DNA of 12,489 nucleotides from a virus: UHGV virus genome UHGV-0192751; one strand, 5' to 3'. Shown piece by piece: positions 7,121 to 12,489 of this stretch (position 1 is its first letter; each line of letters starts with the position of its first letter). The notes under the pieces were generated by a model. It saw only the letters and a program-made list of their open reading frames with translations, ran no database searches and was not told where the DNA came from. The position numbers and the translations under genes were made by a program.

Positions 7121-7258
7121 GTGATTAATTTTAGCAAACTGATACGGGAGTTGCGAGTCATGGGCGAAAAACTACCCAACTGGAAATTCTTCCTCATCTG
7201 GGCCGTGTTCTTTTTATTCGGTCTGTCAAGCGTTATTAGCGCTATACGCTGGTGGTGA
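7121..7258 (+). CDS. Small hydrophobic peptide (single predicted transmembrane helix); not in the ORF track
   Basis: GGGAG at 7111-7115 is 5 nt before GTG 7121; an in-frame ATG at 7160 with GGGAG 9 nt upstream is an alternative start. Product is (VINFSKLIRELRV)MGEKLPNWKFFLIWAVFFLFGLSSVISAIRWW, stopping at TGA 7256-7258. AT-rich, between a terminator and the next tail gene. Confidence 0.4.
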   Translation: MINFSKLIRELRVMGEKLPNWKFFLIWAVFFLFGLSSVISAIRWW

Positions 7259-7261
7259 TTT

Positions 7262-7615
7262 ATGCGATACCGACGCGAAGATGCTGACGGCGATTACACT
7301 TTCGGGCAGGGTGACAACACCTTCCTTATCGACAGCCCGGAATGTGTCGCCCAGGCCGTAAAAACCCGTTTCGAGCTCTGGCGCGGTCAGTGGTTTCTCG
7401 ATCTGACGGAAGGCACACCGTATGTTCAGTCAGTACTTGGTAAACAGCGATCAGACGTCTACATCCTGGCTATACGCGAACGCATACAGGACACGCCGGG
7501 CGTTCTGTCGATTCTTTCCTTCGATACCAATTATGACGGCACCAGCCGTCGCGTCACCTTCACTTCCTCCATTGACACAATCTACGGCCAGACGACTGTA
7601 ACAAGCGAGGCATAA
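7262..7615 (+). CDS. Small baseplate wedge protein (gp25/W-like or DUF2634-like; assigned by position)
   Basis: 117 aa, immediately upstream of the J-like gene with an abutting stop/start. No diagnostic motif recognised. Confidence 0.5.
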   Translation: MRYRREDADGDYTFGQGDNTFLIDSPECVAQAVKTRFELWRGQWFLDLTEGTPYVQSVLGKQRSDVYILAIRERIQDTPGVLSILSFDTNYDGTSRRVTFTSSIDTIYGQTTVTSEA

Positions 7616-8815
7616 ATGGCTTTGAACCTCGACACGCTGGGGCTATCGGCAACGGTAACCGCCCAGGGGATTAGTGCGCCTGATTACCAGACAATCCTAG
7701 ATACACTGACCAGATATTTCAGGCAGATTTACGGTAGTGATGCCTACCTCGAACCAGACAGCAAAGACGGGCAGATGGTCGCGCTGGTGGCTCTTGCCGT
7801 GCATGACGCTAACAACACCGCTATCGGGATCTACAACTCTTTTTCACCGACGACAGCGCAGGCCGCAGCGCTTAGCAGCAATGTGAAAATTAACGGGATC
7901 ACGCGAAAAGTAGCGACAAACTCTACAGCTGACCTTCTGTTAACCGGTACGGCAGGCACGACTATCTCGAATGGTTCTGCACGGGATAAAAACGGCATAA
8001 TCTGGAATTTTCCAGCGAGTGTGGCGATCGGCGTTGATGGTACTGTGCTGGTGACGGCCACATGTGCGAATAGCGGTTCGGTTGCGGCGCTGGCCGGGAC
8101 TATTACCACTATCAACACCCCGACCCGAGGTTGGGTGTCGGTAACCAATCCAGTTGCGGCTACTGTCGGTTCACCAGCCGAAACCGACGCAGAGCTGCGC
8201 ATTCGGCAGGGGCAAAGCGTCGCGCTACCATCGATCACACCGTTTGAAGGTGTCGACGGTGCTATCGCTAATGTTGCTGGCGTGACACGTCACAAACTAT
8301 ATGAGAACGACACTGGGGCAACCGACAGCAACGGGCTGCCGCCACACTCTATTTCCGCCATCGTCGATGGAGGGGATGTTACCGAGATAGCCCAGACCAT
8401 CAGGGGGAATAAAGGGCAGGGAACCGCAACTTACGGTAAAACTTCTGTCACAGTGCCGGATACTTATGGTAATCCTCACGTCATCAGTTTTTCGCGCTCT
8501 ACCGATGTGCCAATTTTCGTAGCCATTACCCTGAAAGTTTTTACCGGCTATACCTCTCAAATCGGCGAGCAGATTAAACAGGCTGTTGCCGATTATATAA
8601 ATGGCCTAACAATTGGCGACGACGTTCTGCTGAGCCGTATTTATTCCCCGGCAAACCTCGGCGTTGTGAGCGGCGGGAATGCCCGCTATTACGATATTAC
8701 CGACCTGCTGATCGGTAAGTCGTCTGGCAGCGTATCGGCATCAAACATTGATATTGCCTATGATGCTTCAGCGTCCTGTAGCACCGCGAATATCAGTATC
8801 ACGGTGACCTCATGA
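7616..8815 (+). CDS. Baseplate J-like protein (P2 gpJ / Mu gp47 family)
   Basis: 399 aa, GAGG ribosome-binding site. Size, composition and position upstream of the gpI-like and tail fibre genes fit. Confidence 0.75.
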   Translation: MALNLDTLGLSATVTAQGISAPDYQTILDTLTRYFRQIYGSDAYLEPDSKDGQMVALVALAVHDANNTAIGIYNSFSPTTAQAAALSSNVKINGITRKVATNSTADLLLTGTAGTTISNGSARDKNGIIWNFPASVAIGVDGTVLVTATCANSGSVAALAGTITTINTPTRGWVSVTNPVAATVGSPAETDAELRIRQGQSVALPSITPFEGVDGAIANVAGVTRHKLYENDTGATDSNGLPPHSISAIVDGGDVTEIAQTIRGNKGQGTATYGKTSVTVPDTYGNPHVISFSRSTDVPIFVAITLKVFTGYTSQIGEQIKQAVADYINGLTIGDDVLLSRIYSPANLGVVSGGNARYYDITDLLIGKSSGSVSASNIDIAYDASASCSTANISITVTS

Positions 8816-9492
8816 GCAAATACACCGAACTGATCACTAACTACCACGCTACCAAGCCACTCTTTTTTGACCATATAGATCTGAGCACCCGCCCGCTGAT
8901 TGATGTGTCCAGCACTATGTCAGGGCTTATAACAGCCTTCGATATCGATACTGCTGTCGGTGTACAGCTCGACATCCTCGGTCTGTGGATCGGACGCAGT
9001 CGCATAGTCAGCCAGCCAATTAGCGGAGTTTATTTCAGCTGGGACACTGACGGGCTTGGGTATGACCAGGGCATCTGGCAAGGGCCATATGATCCTGATT
9101 CTGGCTATACGACGCTAAGCGATGAGACGTACCGCATCATTCTGAAAGCGAAAATCACTATCAACAACTGGGACGGTCGGAACGACTCTCTGCCTCCCAT
9201 CCTTGACGCTGCGACTGCAGGCTCAGGCCTGAAGATGCAGATCGTCGACAACCAGGACATGACGATATCGGTCTGGGTATTCCCCGAGACTGATATTTCT
9301 GATGTGTCTCTTGAACTGATTGCCGCTATCAAACAGGGCTATCTCACCGTTAAAGCAGCTGGCGTATGGGCCGGTGATGTTGAAACGCCTTCGGTAGAAG
9401 CACCATCCGAAGGCTCTAAATTCTTTGGGTTTGATATGGATAACGAATACATCGGTGGGTTCGATGTTGGAGCATGGGGGACAATACTCTAA
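8812..9492 (+). CDS. Baseplate wedge / tail protein (P2 gpI / Mu gp48-like)
   Basis: ATGA overlap with the upstream gene. 226 aa, directly before the tail fibre gene. Confidence 0.6.
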   Translation: MSKYTELITNYHATKPLFFDHIDLSTRPLIDVSSTMSGLITAFDIDTAVGVQLDILGLWIGRSRIVSQPISGVYFSWDTDGLGYDQGIWQGPYDPDSGYTTLSDETYRIILKAKITINNWDGRNDSLPPILDAATAGSGLKMQIVDNQDMTISVWVFPETDISDVSLELIAAIKQGYLTVKAAGVWAGDVETPSVEAPSEGSKFFGFDMDNEYIGGFDVGAWGTIL

Positions 9493-10922
9493 TGGCAACA
9501 AACAACTTTAAACCGTTCGCGACAGCGGCAAATGCTAACGTGACGGCCCAGGCTGACTGGGAAGCGCTTCCGGCTCTACTCTCTGGCTTCATGGCAGGAA
9601 AAGCATCCAGTGCGCAGGTAAACAAAGCCATTCGACAGGCCAGCTTTATTGCGGCAGCACTGGCACAGTACACGGCCAACAAAAGCGGGCTGGACGTGCT
9701 TGATGATGGTGATCTGAACGGGTTTATCTCCAAAATGGGGACCGCTTTTGGGAAGGATTTCCAGGCACTTGATGCCACGCTGACGGCATTGGCTGGGCTC
9801 GCAACCGGTGCAAATAAACTCCCGTATTTCACTGGAAATGATACTGCAGCTTTGACCGACCTCACTCAGGTAGGCCGAGACATTATCGGTAAAAGCACTA
9901 TTGCCGACATTCTCACATACCTTGGCTTATCAGATGCTTTTCTAATAAAAGATAAATATCTTTCTGCAAGCCTGAATCTCAACACTCTAGGGGGTGATGG
10001 CAAATATGGTATTTATGCTCAGCCTGTAACAAATAACGCCAGTTTATCAAAAAATTATCCTACTCAGGAGGCAGGGAGTTTACTGGTTACACCCGCAGCG
10101 AATAACGGAATGCAGATTTACACAACGCTCAGCGGAAATGTATGGTCAAGAACCTCCCTTGATAACACCAACACACAATGGAGTTCGTGGGTAAGACCTG
10201 GTTTTAAAACCTTAGATAAAAACATAGATTTGAACTATCTGGGCGGAGTTGATAAATATGGTTTTTATGGTCAATCAGTAAGCAATGATGCAACGCCAGA
10301 AAATAACTATCCGGTGAAGGAAGCCGGAACACTCCTGGTGTCGCCAGCGGCATACAATGGACTACAGGTATATATCACTCTCAGTGGCTTAATTTGGTCA
10401 AGGCACTCCCTGGATAGTACAAATACCAACTGGAGTCAGTGGGTTCGACAGGCATTAAAAAGTGAACTAGATGACGGGCTTGCTCTCAAATTCGATTCAT
10501 CGTCACTTTCAACGACTGGGAAAGCATTAGTAGCAAAATCGACAGTTGCTGATATGCGAACCTACCTTCAACTCTTTTCAGCAGCACAGCGTGATGTGGG
10601 GACCGGGGCTAATCAGATACCGGATATGAATGCCTTCTCGGGAAGCATTGTTTCAAAAGGTTATCAAAAGTTTCCGGGCGGCCTAATTATTCAGTGGGGA
10701 ATAAATAATGCGTCTGTAGGTGGGACGTCAGGTAATGGTGAAGATGTTTCCTATGCCATTCCGTTTCCTAATGGATGCCTGTCACTCACTGCGACATTTG
10801 ATAATGGCGGTCCTGTCATACCTGCCGCTGCTGCATCTTTTGTAGACAATGTTTATTTTAAGCTCCGCTGCTCAGAGGCAAGCGGATCGTATATTTTTCG
10901 CTGGATTGCACTGGGATTCTGA
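9474..10922 (+). CDS. Tail fibre protein with mosaic architecture
   Basis: The stretch LDATLTALAGLATGANKLPYFTGNDTAALTDLTQVGRDIIGKSTIADILTYLGL matches, from memory, the conserved segment of P2 H-type fibres. After it come two tandem domains of about 75 aa and a C-terminal tip containing QKFPGGLIIQWG. An alternative start at ATG 9492 overlaps the upstream stop (TAATG). Confidence 0.8.
   Translation: MGDNTLMATNNFKPFATAANANVTAQADWEALPALLSGFMAGKASSAQVNKAIRQASFIAAALAQYTANKSGLDVLDDGDLNGFISKMGTAFGKDFQALDATLTALAGLATGANKLPYFTGNDTAALTDLTQVGRDIIGKSTIADILTYLGLSDAFLIKDKYLSASLNLNTLGGDGKYGIYAQPVTNNASLSKNYPTQEAGSLLVTPAANNGMQIYTTLSGNVWSRTSLDNTNTQWSSWVRPGFKTLDKNIDLNYLGGVDKYGFYGQSVSNDATPENNYPVKEAGTLLVSPAAYNGLQVYITLSGLIWSRHSLDSTNTNWSQWVRQALKSELDDGLALKFDSSSLSTTGKALVAKSTVADMRTYLQLFSAAQRDVGTGANQIPDMNAFSGSIVSKGYQKFPGGLIIQWGINNASVGGTSGNGEDVSYAIPFPNGCLSLTATFDNGGPVIPAAAASFVDNVYFKLRCSEASGSYIFRWIALGF
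9972..10196 (+). repeat. Tail fibre internal domain repeat, copy 1 (protein-level tandem duplication)
   Basis: Residues 167-241, LNLNTLGGDGKYGIYAQPV...NYPTQEAGSLLVTPAANNGMQIYTTLSGNVWSRTSLDNTNTQWSSWVR, align with copy 2. Confidence 0.6.
10230..10448 (+). repeat. Tail fibre internal domain repeat, copy 2
   Basis: Residues 253-325, LNYLGGVDKYGFYGQSV...NYPVKEAGTLLVSPAAYNGLQVYITLSGLIWSRHSLDSTNTNWSQWVR. Roughly 60% identical to copy 1 at the protein level by eye; the DNA has diverged. Confidence 0.6.
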
Positions 10923-10924
10923 TT

Positions 10925-11353
10925 ATGGATTATTTATTTTCACCCTCTACGCGTGGTTTTTATCCTGAGCCAATGCGGAAAATTTATGAACAGGCTGCAT
11001 CACTCCCATCTGACACGGTGGTGGTATCTGAAGATGTCAGAAATACATACAACGACACGCCACCGCCCGGGAAATGCCTGATTGTTGTAGATGGGTTGCC
11101 TGCATGGGGAGACATCCCGCCACCGTCCCATGATGAAATGATTAAAGCTGCTGAAACCGAACGCAGTCGTCTTCTAAGTCACGCCGATACCACCACAGCA
11201 GACTGGCGCACTGAGCTGGCGCTGGGTGAAATTAGTGATTCAGATAAGGCGCAGCTGTCTGCATGGATGGCCTATAAACGAGATGTAAAAGCCATTTCAG
11301 CGGAAACAGCTATCTCATCTGGCTTTAAGTGGCCTGAACAGCCGAAGATGTAA
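10925..11353 (+). CDS. Tail fibre assembly protein (Tfa chaperone)
   Basis: 142 aa directly downstream of the fibre. N-terminus MDYLFSPSTRGFYP and C-terminus ...AWMAYKRDVKAISAETAISSGFKWPEQP resemble the Tfa family. Confidence 0.75.
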   Translation: MDYLFSPSTRGFYPEPMRKIYEQAASLPSDTVVVSEDVRNTYNDTPPPGKCLIVVDGLPAWGDIPPPSHDEMIKAAETERSRLLSHADTTTADWRTELALGEISDSDKAQLSAWMAYKRDVKAISAETAISSGFKWPEQPKM

Positions 11354-11372
11354 AAGGAACCTTTGGGAGAAT

Positions 11373-11441
11373 GCCCGGCATGGCCGGGCAACGGTTAAAC
11401 CCCATCATTCTTGTCTTGAGGCAACCGCACCTTCAAGAATG
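11373..11441. terminator. Two adjacent hairpins between convergent genes (candidate bidirectional terminator region)
   Basis: Hairpin 1: GCCCGGC (11373-11379), loop ATG, GCCGGGC (11383-11389), with no U-tract. Hairpin 2: CATTCTTG (11406-11413) pairs with CAAGAATG (11434-11441), followed on the + strand by TATAAAATTAAAATAT. Confidence 0.4.
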
Positions 11442-11448
11442 TATAAAA

Positions 11449-11757
11449 TTAAAATATCTCATTGGGTCGCAATGAAGCTTCGGTTTTCTTCTTTCTCCAA
11501 TACTCATATCCCTGAGAAGTCACTCGGAGGGAACTTAAATCAATCATCCAACTTCCTTCATTAGTGCCAGAACTATCAAAGCTGACCTTGCCTTTCAAAA
11601 AACCGTCATCGTGTAAAAATGCAATGTATCCATAGGCTTCTTTGAAATTTCCGATTTCATCGACCAGATCCTTCCATGCTGCATCAGTAAGGCTTTCAGG
11701 ATAGGCGTCAACGAAATATTTGAGGGTGGTGATTTTTTTAGGGTGGCTGATGTTCAT
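11449..11757 (-). CDS. Hypothetical cytoplasmic protein, opposite-strand cargo gene between Tfa and invertase
   Basis: AAGGAG (complement of 11764-11769) is 6 nt upstream of ATG (complement of 11755-11757). The 102-aa product MNISHPKKITTLKYFVDAYPESLTDAAWKDLVDEIGNFKEAYGYIAFLHDDGFLKGKVSF... has no signal peptide or transmembrane segment. AT-rich. The track's longer start at 11802 lacks a ribosome-binding site. Confidence 0.6.
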   Translation of the reverse strand: MNISHPKKITTLKYFVDAYPESLTDAAWKDLVDEIGNFKEAYGYIAFLHDDGFLKGKVSFDSSGTNEGSWMIDLSSLRVTSQGYEYWRKKKTEASLRPNEIF

Positions 11758-11859
11758 TGGAGTCTCCTTTTTTGACCGGTCAATTTTATCATAAATTGGC
11801 ATGGCAATTTGGGATGGTCCAATCAGGCCTTCACACCAAACGTACAGTGGCTGGTCTTG

Positions 11860-11873
11860 TTAGCCATGGCTAA
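11860..11873. promoter_or_regulatory. Perfect 14-bp palindrome TTAGCCATGGCTAA in a divergent intergenic region (candidate operator)
   Basis: Exact reverse-complement symmetry. It overlaps a possible promoter for the invertase (TTGTTA, 16 nt spacer, TATTAA) and an adjacent palindromic AT tract AAAATATTTT (11883-11892). Confidence 0.3.
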
Positions 11874-11971
11874 AGAGCTATTAAAATATTTTGTCTCACT
11901 AAAAATACGAATCCATTTACTGTCGTAACTTTAGTGAAACGCTTTCGCGCTTTTAATGAACCGCTTCACTC

Positions 11972-12489
11972 ATACTTATTGGCTACGTGAGAGTGTCAAC
12001 AAATGATCAGAACACTGCACTCCAGCGAAACGCGCTCGAGAGTGCAGGATGTGAGCTGATTTTCAAAGACAAGATCAGCGGTAAGGTGTCCGACAGACCG
12101 AGATTAAAAAAGGTGCTCCGGACGCTATCTGAAGGCGATACGTTGGTGGCGTGGAAATTGGATCGGCTTGGTCGCAGCATGCGACATCTTTTTGTGTTAG
12201 TGGAGGAACTGCGGGAGAAGGGGGTTAACTTTCGGAGCCTGACGGATAGCATCGATACGAGTACGCCTATGGGGCGGTTCTTCTTTCATGTCATGGGGGC
12301 TATGGCAGAAATGGAAAGGGAACTGATTGTCGAATGTACCCGGGCAGGATTGGCGGTTGCGCGCAGAAGGGCGGATCGGCGGCCGCAGGCCAAAGTTAAC
12401 GGATGAGCAGTGGCGGGAAATGGGGGAGCGGATGGCAACCGGTGAATCACGACAAAGCGTATCAAAAACGTATGGAGTAGGGCTCTCAA
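11972..12489 (+). pseudogene. Invertase locus interpreted as a pseudogene (start codon lost, internal frameshift); 3' end beyond the window
   Basis: In-frame ATA at 11972-11974 where ATG is expected. Frame change at the GCGCGC tract 12359-12364: the 0 frame stops at 12404-12406 while the +1 frame continues with recognisable family sequence to the window end. Confidence 0.5.
11987..12406 (+). CDS. Site-specific DNA invertase, serine recombinase (Hin/Gin/Cin/Pin family), catalytic domain; apparently disrupted
   Basis: RVSTNDQNTALQRNAL...WKLDRLGRS...SLTDSIDTSTPMGRFFFHVMGAMAEMERELIV is the family catalytic domain with the Ser in VSTNDQ. The only canonical start is GTG 11987; the position where homologs begin MLIGY reads ATA CTT ATT GGC TAC (11972-11986). 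The C-terminal helix-turn-helix domain is encoded in the +1 frame after about 12363 (EGRIGGRRPKLTDEQW...). Confidence 0.7.
   Translation: MRVSTNDQNTALQRNALESAGCELIFKDKISGKVSDRPRLKKVLRTLSEGDTLVAWKLDRLGRSMRHLFVLVEELREKGVNFRSLTDSIDTSTPMGRFFFHVMGAMAEMERELIVECTRAGLAVARRRADRRPQAKVNG

Noticed and set aside
10200-10211. GGTTTTAAAACC palindrome between the two fibre repeats
   Set aside because: The arrangement is the reverse of the AAACC-NN-GGTTT crossover core and it lacks flanking TTATC/GATAA arms; it is more likely coincidental within coding sequence.
11758-11802. Longer start (ATG at 11800-11802) for the minus-strand cargo ORF
   Set aside because: There is no ribosome-binding site upstream of it, while the internal ATG at 11755-11757 has AAGGAG 6 nt upstream.
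1-12489. CRISPR arrays, tRNA or rRNA genes, insertion sequences or integrase
   Set aside because: I saw no short direct-repeat and spacer periodicity, no cloverleaf-compatible tRNA-like segment, and no transposase or tyrosine-integrase-like ORF; the only recombinase is the serine invertase fragment.

Overview
This window looks like the late (tail, baseplate, tail fibre) module of a temperate prophage from an enterobacterial host, read almost entirely on the + strand. Everything below is from reading the sequence and the ORF track by eye; no searches or computations were run, and family assignments rest on recalled motifs and gene order. In order: the 3' end of a GH19-type endolysin (1-279), a small unknown ORF, a tail assembly chaperone with an apparent -1 frameshift site (T_TTT_TTG at 919-925) giving a G/GT-like pair, a tape measure protein with a C-terminal lytic transglycosylase domain (1148-3163), two small tail proteins, a baseplate hub-like protein, a gpV-like spike, a small wedge protein, a baseplate-J-like protein, a gpI-like protein, a mosaic tail fibre (9474-10922), a tail fibre assembly protein (10925-11353) and a Hin/Gin/Cin/Pin-family serine invertase (from about 11972) that appears degenerate. 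Three accessory insertions that look more AT-rich than their flanks interrupt this conserved order, and these are where I would look for new biology. The first is a three-gene island between hub and spike (5147-6290) encoding a secreted protein, a CxxC zinc-ribbon-like protein and a coiled-coil tail-anchored membrane protein, closed by its own terminator. The second is an unlisted small hydrophobic peptide ORF (7121-7258). The third is an opposite-strand cargo gene (11449-11757) with a strong ribosome-binding site, sitting where an invertible alternative-fibre segment would be expected, next to a perfect 14-bp palindrome. I saw no tRNA, rRNA, CRISPR array or transposase.
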